From the NCBI GenBank assembly GCA_036867785.1, contig CP145422.1, positions 744,001 to 808,000 on the forward strand: a stretch of 64,000 bases of DNA, read 5' to 3'. This document shows, one piece after another, positions 13,106 to 23,603 of the stretch (the stretch's first letter is position 1; every line of letters starts with the position of its first letter). A program made the translations under genes and the position numbers. The notes under the pieces were generated by a model, which was given only the letters and a program-made list of their open reading frames with translations, did no database searches and had not been told where the DNA came from. The DNA comes from Plasmodiophora brassicae (lineage: Eukaryota).

Positions 13106-16100
13106 CTATTGTATTCGGGCGCGTTTGGAGGCAGGCGCGCCCAGGGCGCCTTCATCGAGGAGGCTCAGGACGAGGTTCCTTCGACCGTGTTTGCGATGCT
13201 CGACCTCGATGCGAACGCGAGCAGGGGAGAACATGGTGAACGGGCGATCCCGGCCGGGGACTGACAGCGATTTGGCGGTCTCATCGAACAGAAACCCGGC
13301 GTCCTTGGCCAGGACGTCATCGGTGACCTTGACGTCGTCGTCGCGCGCTTCTCGCCAAGGGCGGAGCAGGTCAATCTTGCCTTCGATGCCGAATTCCTTG
13401 ATGAAGACGGTGACGCCGTCGACGCGAACGTCCATGACGATGCCGTTGGTGTCGACCTGTCGTCCATCAAAGTAGATGAGCGTGAACAGCTCGACACTGG
13501 CACGCCCGGCCAGCTGCGCCGACCGGTTCAGGCGATTCAGCGAGTTCGTCACCGCCGACAACGCGCCCTTGTGCTTGCACATGGCCGGCATGTCGCAAAT
13601 GGATAACGAGGCGCTCAGCAGGCGGTGGACGACCAGGTCGGCGTATCGGCGAATCGGCGACGTGAAATGGGTGTACAGCGGCGTGGCCAGGCCGTAATGC
13701 AGGTAGTGCCCTGGCGAGACGCTCCCGCTGCAGAAGTACACCGCCTGGTTCATGCAACGCGTCGCGTAAATTCGCATGGCGTTGTCGAACGACGGGTCGT
13801 CGCTGCGTGCGGCCGCAACACGATCCAGCGAATCCGCGAGCGCTTTCGAGGAGCCAACCTATGAACCGTTCAGTTAACACAGCGGGTCACAGAAGCTCGA
13901 ATAGAAGACGGACCTCCAGCTGCTGGTCGCAGACCTTGGCAGCGTCGACGAGGCGCATCAGCGACGATTCGCTGGGAGGCGGGTGACGCCTGAGCAGCGC
14001 TCGTCCCGGGTAGCATCGAACGATCTGCTCGGCGACGGCAATGTTCGCCAGCAGCATGAACTCTTCGACGAGCGAGTTCGCCTGCTTGACCTGGTACGCC
14101 TGGATGTCCAACGGGGTCGCCTCCGACCCGCACAGCTTCGGGTCGCTGCCGGGCAACGCCCGGTCCAGCCTGAAACGGATCTCGGGCGACGCCAGCGTTA
14201 ACGCGCCCGCTTCCAAACGCCTGGTACGCAGGCGCAACGCCAGGCGATTCAGGTCACGGACGTCCTTGCCGATGCTTTCGCTCCCATCGTCGTCGTCGTG
14301 TTTAGCGGCTTCCACGTCGTCAATGTGCGCTTGGGCGTCGGCGTAGGCCAGAGCGCCTTTGGAGCGGATGACGGTCTTGGCGAAACGCGTCTCCCTAACG
14401 TTGGCGTCGGCGTCGACGATCCAGAAACAGCTGAACGCGAGGCGGTCGACGTTATCGCGCAGCGAGCAGATGTGGGTGGATAGCCGAGGCGGGATCATGT
14501 CGATACGACGGTCGACGAGGTAAACGGATGTGCCACGTGCTTGCGCCTCGCGATCGATGGCGTCGCCTTCCTTGACGAAGTGGGACACATCGGCGATGTG
14601 GACGCCGACCTCGAACAGGCCGCCTGGCAGACGCCGGATATGAAGGGCGTCGTCGATGTCAGTGCACCCGGGCGGGTCGATGCTGATGACGCGAGTGTCG
14701 CGAAGGTCGATGCGCCCGGCACAGTCCTCGTCGCGGACGACCCAGTCGTTCGGTGGGCAGCATTCCATGACGGCATCGGTGAACGGCTCGTCACGAACGC
14801 CATACTCGATCAGCAGAGCGGAGCTTTCGACCTGTTGGTCGCCGATCGGCCCTGGACCGCGGGTCAGCGGGCAGGAACACTGATCGGACACGTCGACTTG
14901 CTTACCAAGCATCTGGATAACGTGGCCGGACGGGAAGCGTTGCGTCTCGACCCAGCTATCGATGCGAACAACGAAACGCTGGCCGATTAGGCGCTCGACG
15001 TTGTGTGTGTGGATCTTCACCCGAGGAATGCTGTTCGCGATTGGGACGAACCAGACCGATGTCCGATTCGGGTCGTATTCTTCGTCGCTCTCCAGAAGAC
15101 TGCCAGCCAGGGGTCGCCAGTTGCGTTGCAATACGGCAACGACCCTGTCGGGAGAGTCAGGAATAGTGGGGAGACGCGATGACAGATCGTACCTGGGCGG
15201 TTGTCCATTTGCAACGTGGACAGCGACTTGATCGCCGTCGATGGCCCTGTTGATGTTCTCCATGCCTTCGATCCGGCACTCGAGCCCATCTGCTATCGTG
15301 CACGCGGCAGCACGACCGGACGCCCAGACACGAATGCTGCTTCGGATGGCAGTCCCATCGCGAAGCGCGTCCTCAAGCTGTTTACCCTCCCAGTGCACTG
15401 GATAAACACTGCCTAGGGCGACGTCGCTGCGAACGGGTTCCTTGACCGCAAGAAGATCAGCAAGACGTCCGATCCCACTGGAGTTAACCAGCGTTTCCAC
15501 GGTGCCACATTCGAAGCCCTTTCGCGGTGTCGCCGGCTCCGCATCAGTCAGAAGCTGGAAGCGCACCACCGGCAGGTGAGTAGATAGCCACAGGATGGCT
15601 TGCGATAACCCTAGGCAGTGAACGTTGGAATAAACCGCTCTGGCACGCACAGCCATGCCATCACACACCTTCCGAGGTCACCTTGTGGAACATGTCCATG
15701 AAGATAGGGGCGGATCGAAGATCGCGAAGGACCCGGTGGTACTGGGATCGTGACCGACTGTAAACCTCCTCGAGAACGGATTGAAGTAGCAGGACAGGCT
15801 GGCCAACGCAGCTTCAGCAACACGTACCGTCGAAAACGATGCAACAAACCTGTGTCATCAGAGGCGATGCAATGACGTCAAGTTGACGGATGAGCGCGTC
15901 GGCATCGGGAACCAGGCAGGTGCCATCGGCGGCATCCAAAAGCTTAAAATCCGGGCCGCGAAATTCGCAGCATTGTTCGCAAACGGCAAACGGGCAGGGT
16001 ATGTCCAGGCGCAGGTACCGCTCTTCGACAACGCGAACCACCTTACCGAACCGTGACCGCCTGTGCTGTATGCGAGTCTGGGCGACTTTCCATCCAGCGG

Positions 16101-16107
16101 TCTCCAT
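13106..16107 (-). CDS. DIS3: Exosome-associated RNase II/R exonuclease (DIS3/RRP44 family, possibly DIS3L-like), multi-exon
   Basis: GKVVRVVEERYLRLDIPC N-terminus, NRAIDGDQVAV, RNB motif SIDPPGCTDIDDALH, NSLVEEFMLLAN and HYGLATPLYTHFTSPIRRYAD. Confidence 0.93.
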
Positions 16108-16128
16108 GACAGCTACCTATTTCACTGC

Positions 16129-16153
16129 TGACGGAGTCCGTGACGGAGTCCGT
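16129..16153. promoter_or_regulatory. Tandem 12-bp dyad motif upstream of DIS3
   Basis: TGACGGAG TCCGTGACGGAG TCCGT, 22-46 nt upstream of the minus-strand ATG at 16107. Confidence 0.6.
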
Positions 16154-16441
16154 AGGTAGAGCAGGCAACTTCTTCGTGTCCACTCGGGCGCCGCTAACGT
16201 CTCGATCCATCCAACTAATGGGTAGCATCGGCAGCAGCCTATGTTTGGAAATTTGAGGCCGGGGATGCTTACAGGAACGCTGGTGACGCCCGCTACTGGC
16301 GCTATCCCTCTGGGGATATAGACTCATCATTCGAGACTGCCAGGCCGGCCCGCGTTGCCGTTAAATGTTCAACATCGTTTATTGCGTTGAAAACAGGCAT
16401 ATGGGGCAAATGGGGAAGTGAGGCGGAAGGTATGCTGAGGA

Positions 16442-18485
16442 TCATTGGTACTGTGGCACTACGGTGGCAACCGGGACGTAGCCTTGTTGTTGTTGGGCAA
16501 TGACAATTGGCTGCCCGTTCGGCCCCATCACGACTTGCCCAGCAACCATTGGCTGCTGGATGACCATCATCGGCTGGGCGGTCTGCATGACAATCTGGTG
16601 CGGGTTAACACTGCATTGACATCGATCAGCCTCTGTCGGTCCATTTCTGGCATCGCGGGCGTACTCTGGGACAGGCGCCGGTGGCGGCTGCTGCGGAGCC
16701 TTCGTTCTCTTGAAGATCATGTAGATCGCGGGGAGGAACAGTATCGCGCCGACAACGATCAGGACGGTGCAGACGGTCTGTGCGGCAGCCAAGCCTTTAA
16801 CGACCAGCGTGTAGAACGCGTTCGCGTCGTCCTTTGTCGGCTGGTCGTTCGTGTACGTAGTCTGCAGCGGCAGGTACAACACTTTCTGCACATCACGACG
16901 TGAGCGGATGCACACACTGACACAACGATGTCGCGGAGATGGACCTCGCTGGACGAGAACAGGTTGCTGGCCGGGTAATAGCCTGGCGATGTACCCGCTG
17001 GGAGCCAGAACTCGAGCACCGACTTGTCCACACGAAGGCTCATCTGAATCGCACTCTTGGCAGCGAGCACCAGGCCCGTGATCGGCTCCAGGTCGACCGT
17101 CGTGTCGTGCAGGGCGGGATCGGGCGCGTACCCGGAGACCTTCCCCGTGCGCAGCGAGGCGTCCGCATCGAGGAAGTGGGCCTTGGAAATGAAGTACAGG
17201 TTCGACTTTGGCGCCGGTGTCACTCCCCAGACGCCAACAACGCCGTTAGGCGTCGGGTTATACTGTTTTCCAGGAGCCTAACGTCAATCGCCAGATCTGG
17301 CAGGCACCAGGTGCTGCCACCAACCTGGTTGTAGACGAGGTTGGCCGTAGAGGCGGCGAAGAACGACGGGTCAACCTCGTATTGGTACGTCTTGATCTCG
17401 TCGTAGAGGTAGTCGGTGACGACGGCGCCGCCAGGTAGGGAGAACGGTATGGCGCGCTTGATGAGGCTGTTCCACACCGAAAACCCAGTGTTGATCCCGT
17501 TGTCGTCCTCGGCGGGTGGGCCTTGCGCCGTGTACGACACGCCTGACAGTGAAAACGGAAACCCGTACGTCGAGTCGTTCGTTGAACCGCCCAGGGTGAC
17601 GATCTGCCCGATCGTCCTGATGTCGGTCTCGCCGGTCGACACGTCGACGAACGTGTTCGCTGTCGTGTTGCACTTCGGGTTCGACGTGGTCGCCAGGCTG
17701 CAGTTGTTGTTCATCAGGTTCCAGATGGCCTTCGGGGTCGCCGAGGTGAACGGAGCGCCGCCGTTCAGCGCCATGTTCGGCATCGTGGCCGTGATCCCGC
17801 CCTGGACGCCACCGAGCGCTTGTAGGATGGCAGGCGCTGTCACCGCGTCGATCCCATTGGCAGCGTACTCGGCATTGTAGGTCAGCGACACGCCGTTGTC
17901 CATGTCGACGTAGAACTGGTTCAGCTTGCCAGGCCTCGACAGGTACTTGTATGGCGGTGGCGTTGTGGTCGCGTTCCACCCCATGGCGGTGGCCAGGTAC
18001 CCGATAACGAGGTTCGTCGAGTGGAACGCATTGACAACGCCGAAGTAGGTCTGGTCGGGCACGACGATATGGTCCGTCTCGAAGCGGCTGTTGGTCGGGA
18101 CGTACCAGGTCAGGGCACTCTTCAATGTCAGCGTGCGCGCGACGCCGGGCGACGGCAACGTCGTCGTCGTGACGGCTGGCAGCGAGTACTTGTTCAGCGT
18201 GTACAGCAGCTCCTTGACGCGGAGTTGCACGTTCGGGTTCGCGGTCGCCTCGGCGACGTTCGTGAAGTTCCATACGCCCCATTGGACTTGAGTGACGGTC
18301 GGTGTCAGCGTCGCCTGATCGTCGGCACTGCCTTGCGCCTTGCGCTGACCGACGACGACCGCCTGGATGATCGTGCGGAACGCCTTCAAGGGCACCCGGG
18401 CGCCGCCAATCGCAACCAGTACTATGCCGGCGATCAGCAGGAAGATGCCACATCCACGACGAGCGTGGGTCTTCTTCGACGCCAT
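16442..18485 (-). CDS. CD36/LIMP-2 scavenger receptor class B family protein
   Basis: N-terminal TM (GCGIFLLIAGIVLVAIG), VWNFTN, ISKAHFLDAD, PDPALHDTTVDLEPITGLVLAAKSAIQ (CD36 signature), C-terminal TM and a Q/P-rich tail. Confidence 0.8.
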
Positions 18486-18893
18486 CCTCAATCGATAATG
18501 CTCTATGTGCAACCCTACCAGAGCGTACTCGCGCTGGTTAGGCGATCTAAGTGTATCTGGCAACCCTACCATGCAACCTCCCCTTCGTAATAGGCCATTA
18601 CCGGCACACACACACCCCGGATATCCAGGCCTTACTGCGCCTTGTACGCTCACGCTGGCAGTGGCACCAGGTAGTCCTTCCGCGATTATGCCCCGTATCT
18701 GCCCGGCGCTGTCACGTGGGGAACTGCGCGTCATCGTCACTCGAGTTAGGGCCGAGGCTGCATCTGCTCAAGTGCTGGCTGAACCGGAAGGGGCGACCGG
18801 CCATGCACCGAGTGTGGAGTGGGTACGGGTCAGATGGGTGAGGACTGAGGAGCTGCCGGGCGGTCATTCCGGGATTTTGCGGCGCCGGACGCA

Positions 18894-20651
18894 ATGGGCG
18901 AGGGCAGCGCGGAGCGTCTGGCGGCGACGTTGTCGCTCTGCAGCCGGGCGCGGTCGGGCGGGGCCGCCGACCGGGCGGCGCTGTCCAAGGATGTGGCCGA
19001 CTTGCTGCGGGACCATCCGTCGCTGCCCGATTCGGATGTGAACAAGCTGCTGGTGGCGGTTCCGTTCTCGACGCCCGAGGCGAGCCTGGCGTTGATGAAG
19101 GCTGCGGCTAACGCCTATGATGGCCGGTCGCATGCCATACTGGTGCGCCTAAGGGATTGGTCGTGTCGGACGCGACTGCGATCTGAAATTGAAGCGTTCT
19201 CTTCTGATGAACGTCCGGCGGCCATTGCAGCCACACTGGTCTGCGCCGCCGGTCAATCTGCACGAGAACGTTCACGCTGGGCCCTCGTCGGCAACCTGGT
19301 AACGCGGCTTCTGGCTTCATCTGCACCCGCTTTCATACATCCCGCTGTTTCTGTTGCGCTGTTGGATTGCCCTTGGATCGTTAGTAGCGTTCCTGCGGTC
19401 CTGCCTCTGTGTCCTCTGAATGGCTTGCTGTCTGCGATCTCCTTTCCCCTCTGCACGCATCAGTACCCTGGATACTGTCCATCGTGCAGCACGTCATTTC
19501 TGCCTGTCGTCCACGGTCGTGCCCACGACGCGTTCTGCAAAATTGCTCCCCTACTTGCTGGATCTTTCGTGAGGTTAATGCGTTCGGCGTCTGACCAGGC
19601 TCGTGAATCCGCTATGGTTGCTCTCCACGAGTTTGTCACCGATACGTACAACCAAATTGACATCGTGGCATCATCGGCTCCTGCGATTCGCACAGCTCTG
19701 AATGACCAGTCATCACCGCTGCGATCTGTTACCGCCCGATTATTCCTATCAGTCACAACCGCCCTCGGGTCCTGCTTATCAGCCAGTGCAATATCCGTTG
19801 CTCTCGCCGCTGATGTTCTTGCGGGCATCGAGTTTGCTCGCGTCCGGTTTCCTAGTTACGCTCGTCTCTTCTTGGCAGTCGTTGCATCTGGGTTGCATCC
19901 GCGTTCTTCCGCCGTTGACGCGTTTGTTGATTCCTACACCCCGAAGGCTGTTAATCTCCCGATCTCCGATATCGCTCGAACGCGGTACTTCTTCTACCTA
20001 TCCATTCTTCAGGTGTGGGTCCGAGCATGCTCCTGCGACCTGTTTCATTCGAACGTCCTGCCTTTCGTGAGGTCGTTTCTGTTCTCTGATGTCGATGCAC
20101 AGTGTCGTGCTAAAGCACATCGGGTATTTTGTGCCCGGTTTATCCACGAGCCTGGCAATTTAAGACATCTTGCACCGTGGTATCTGTCAGCAGTGGCTGA
20201 CAATTATCCTGGCCGTGTTCCTAGCTTAACCCTGCAGGCGGCGTTTTCGTCTGTCATGTCGTCGCTTCCAGAAACAGATTCGCTTCTCCTATACCTGTTC
20301 AACGTGATCCTTCTGCGGGCTCGTCGATTGATCGACGAGGGCGATCGCAAGGTCTACACACCGGCAATTGTGTGCTGCTGCCATTGCCTTCAGAACCTGC
20401 ACATCCACTTCATCGATAGCGGCCTGCGTATGCTCGATGAAGTTCTAGAAGGGATCGGCGGTCCGGCAAGGCTGACGTTTATGGCTGCATTACAGGCGTC
20501 CGTCAGCGGGAACTCCAGCGATGTCTCGATCAAGGATATCCTTGTCCAGTGGTATCTGCGATCACTCGTATCGCTCGCCATAGATCCCAAGGACATCTTG
20601 CGAACGGCCAAGCACATGTCACAGGGGAAGACCCGCGCTCTTCTCATGTAA
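18894..20651 (+). CDS. PEX8: HEAT/ARM-like protein, probable peroxin PEX8 homologue (single exon, 585 aa)
   Basis: RYFFYL...VLPFVRSFL...AKAHRVF...LAPWYL...NYPGRVP...AFSSVMSSLP and D..IKDILVQW resemble, from memory, fungal and plant Pex8 C-terminal blocks. Not verified by search. Confidence 0.55.
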   Translation: MGEGSAERLAATLSLCSRARSGGAADRAALSKDVADLLRDHPSLPDSDVNKLLVAVPFSTPEASLALMKAAANAYDGRSHAILVRLRDWSCRTRLRSEIEAFSSDERPAAIAATLVCAAGQSARERSRWALVGNLVTRLLASSAPAFIHPAVSVALLDCPWIVSSVPAVLPLCPLNGLLSAISFPLCTHQYPGYCPSCSTSFLPVVHGRAHDAFCKIAPLLAGSFVRLMRSASDQARESAMVALHEFVTDTYNQIDIVASSAPAIRTALNDQSSPLRSVTARLFLSVTTALGSCLSASAISVALAADVLAGIEFARVRFPSYARLFLAVVASGLHPRSSAVDAFVDSYTPKAVNLPISDIARTRYFFYLSILQVWVRACSCDLFHSNVLPFVRSFLFSDVDAQCRAKAHRVFCARFIHEPGNLRHLAPWYLSAVADNYPGRVPSLTLQAAFSSVMSSLPETDSLLLYLFNVILLRARRLIDEGDRKVYTPAIVCCCHCLQNLHIHFIDSGLRMLDEVLEGIGGPARLTFMAALQASVSGNSSDVSIKDILVQWYLRSLVSLAIDPKDILRTAKHMSQGKTRALLM

Positions 20652-20752
20652 TAATAAATGGAAGATATCGCCGGTACAAATCCAAGTCGACAACGGCACA
20701 CGTATTGAACGAACCGAACTTTTCCAGCTTATGTGTATTATGTGATACTCTT

Positions 20753-22183
20753 CTAGACAAGGTGCCACTGGAAATCGATTTCGAGGTGGCCCAGATCGAC
20801 CTCCGTCTTGAGAACCTTATCAAAGGCACGCACCTCGACGTTGGAGTGCAAATCGGCTAGAGTGGCGTTGTTCTTGCGGGCCCACTGGACGAACGGCTTC
20901 GTCAGGACGAGCGGTGCGTCAAACGTGACGTGTGCTTCACTTCCTGTTGTCACCGTTAGCGTGTGCCGCAAAAGCATCGACCAGATCCCAGACCTTTCAT
21001 GCCGAAGTTGAAGGAGCTGCCAAGCGTGGTGTTGCCGGCGTTGACCGTGATCAGAGTTGGGTGCAACGTTGTCGGCAAGTTGTGGATAAAGGCGAACAGC
21101 TGCGGGCGCTGGAACAGGGTCATGTCCCCGATGCCCTCCGGAGAGGCACCCGACGATGCCCGGCTGCCTTTCCAGCCACTGAAGTCGTTAATGTACTGCG
21201 ACCCGAGGAACGTTCCATCGCTGTCCTGCATCCGTCCAGTAGCTCGTGAATTGTACGAAGCATTCGGGTGCCGTAACTGCCACAGGTAGAAGAAGCGCTC
21301 GACGTTGCAGTGGTGTGACCAGAAGATCGGGTCGAACGCGCTCATTGACACCTGTACCCAAACCCGTCAGACCGAGCGCTCCATTTACGTTGGAAGTCAG
21401 TAATTACAAGCCCCTGCAGAACGCAATCAGACTCCTGAACGTTCGTCGCAGAAACGCCGAATTACCATCGATCCACCGATACTGCCGTGCACTGTGTTGT
21501 GAGCCTAGGTTAACGAATTCGTCAGACTGAGGTCAGCGACTGATACTCCAGTACGAACGCCTTACGAATTCCAGGTTCTGGCTGAACTTGGCGAAATCCG
21601 TCTGTTGGTTGGCGAAGTTGATGGTCTGGAGCAGGTCGCTGATGGGCACATCCGTGGAGTCGCGCTCAGTGGCTTGCCCATCGTTCTGGACGCCGGACAG
21701 CAACGGGTTGGGCCAGACACGCCCGCTGCGGTCCGTGTAGGTCTCATCAGTGAACGCGCTTGGCATCGGATCTTTCGTCCAATCCCAGTATGGGATCGAT
21801 GCTCCCAGGACCTTTTCCATGCGCTGAATGAACCGTCTTAGCAGAACGCGTCAGACCAGGTACTCATCCAGAGGCATCGATCCATAATAACGTACCGGTG
21901 CCAGACAGCAAACGCCAGGTTGCCATGCCTGTTAGACATCACCCGTATCAGGATGTAGTGAGCATCGATACGAGACGACCGCCTACGGGCAATAGAAGTT
22001 GGGGACACCGTGATCGTTGGCGATCTTATTGAACGCGCTGTTGGCACCGCCTTGGCTGGCGATGCGGACAGCGTCTTGGTACGCTCGCCACTGGTCGCCC
22101 GTCAACGTCGCAGCATTGAGGCGGACAGCATACGCGCCAGTGAGCACAGCGGCAACGACGCCGGCAACGGTCCAGCACTTCAT
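20753..22183 (-). CDS. Secreted tyrosinase (type-3 copper oxidase), multi-exon
   Basis: Signal peptide MKCWTVAGVVAAVLTGAYA; CuA DHGVP...HGNLAFAVWHR; IPYWDWT; CuB HNTVH...SAFDPIFWSHHCNVER. Confidence 0.92.
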
Positions 22184-22567
22184 CGATGTTCACTCCGACC
22201 GTTTTCGTTATGACGACTGGAACTGAAACTGGAAGATCCTCGTTTGAATTAACACGGCGCCAGTTCCCAGTGGACTAATATCTTTACCGCGATGGAACGT
22301 ACAGCGCGCCATACGATTCTGCCAAGGACCACTGGCAGGATGGCTTCAGTCACAGCAAGATTTCATATGCGAGTGAGGAACAAACGCACTGCATAGATGA
22401 CATTGCCATCGCTTTCGCAATAGGGCTCCCCTGACCTGAGGCACGTCAGGAATGGATTGTGTACCGAATCGTATTCAGGCACGATGCTGTACTCGTCGCT
22501 TGTCGCGAGATGTGCGCCGTGCTGTGAGGCGAGATCAGCCTCGGCCCGAGGTCGGCGGCGCGGGACG

Positions 22568-23342
22568 ATGGCAAAACATCCGTCAGTCCCGTCCTTGGTT
22601 GAGTCTGGCTCTGGGGCCCCAATTATACCTACGCGGCGGACAGTGCAGTCAGCAGTCAAACCCGAACTGCGCCAGTGCTATCGGTGCGCGCCTGCGCGGG
22701 AACTGCGACGGCCAGTGACCTCCGGGCTGCGGCATTGAGACCCGTCGAACGATTTGAAATTTTGCCTGGTGACGTCGAATGTGTCGACCGCGCGTCCGTG
22801 TCGCCTGCGCCCTGTGTAAGCGAGGCGTGGCGGGAACAGCATATCGCGCGCGTTTCTAATGTATGCGGGCAGGCGCGGCATCCAAGGTCCGGTGTGATTA
22901 TGAGCGTCCGTGCTTCCGCTGCATCTCGCGCTGCACTCCCGACCAGTGCGTGGATCGTTTACACGCGCCCGCGGCGGCGACTCGCAAACGTCGCCCGAAC
23001 GCGGTGAAGGCCTGTGCGCCCTGCCATGACGCCAAGGTCGCATGTGCGAACGAGCGCCCCTGCCCACGATGCGTCCGTCTGGGCCAAGTCGATGACTGCG
23101 TTATCGTTCCGCGCCTGCCCCATCACCATCATCATGAAGAAGCGGCAACGCCGAACGTCAACGAATTCGAGGACATGATCCTGAACGAATTCACGTTGCC
23201 GGACCCTTCGTTCATCGCGTCGCCCGAATCGAACGCGTCCCTTATCGACCTGACGCCGCTGTCGTCGCCGTTCGGCGGCGACATGGACTCTGACTCGACC
23301 AGCGACTCGGCCCGCTGGATCCGCGACATTCTCATAGACTGA
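22568..23342 (+). pseudogene. Zn(II)2Cys6 transcription factor with up to three clusters; 5' part frameshifted or decayed
   Basis: Intact cluster CAPCHDAKVACANERPCPRCVRLGQVDDC; a second cluster is restored by one T at 22872/22873; a first cluster remnant has an indel and a TGA; acidic C-terminal tail. Confidence 0.65.
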
Positions 23343-23603
23343 ACCCGCCGGGCCGTTCTGCGTTTAATCAACTAATCTTATATACCTATTAAAACACGCC
23401 GCTGCTCATGCACCCAAGCCACCGTCCCTGCTTGCCCAACTTGACGAACGGAATGCTGTTGTCCGTTCAGAAATGCGCCTGGCCTGGCAACGAGGTTGGG
23501 AACACGCCACAGGAAGGTGAGTAAAAAATGGGTCGTGGTCGGGCGCAACGGGAATTCTTCTGGAATCGGCGACGGCGCGCCGTGGCAGTGGCAGTTCGCA
23601 AAT

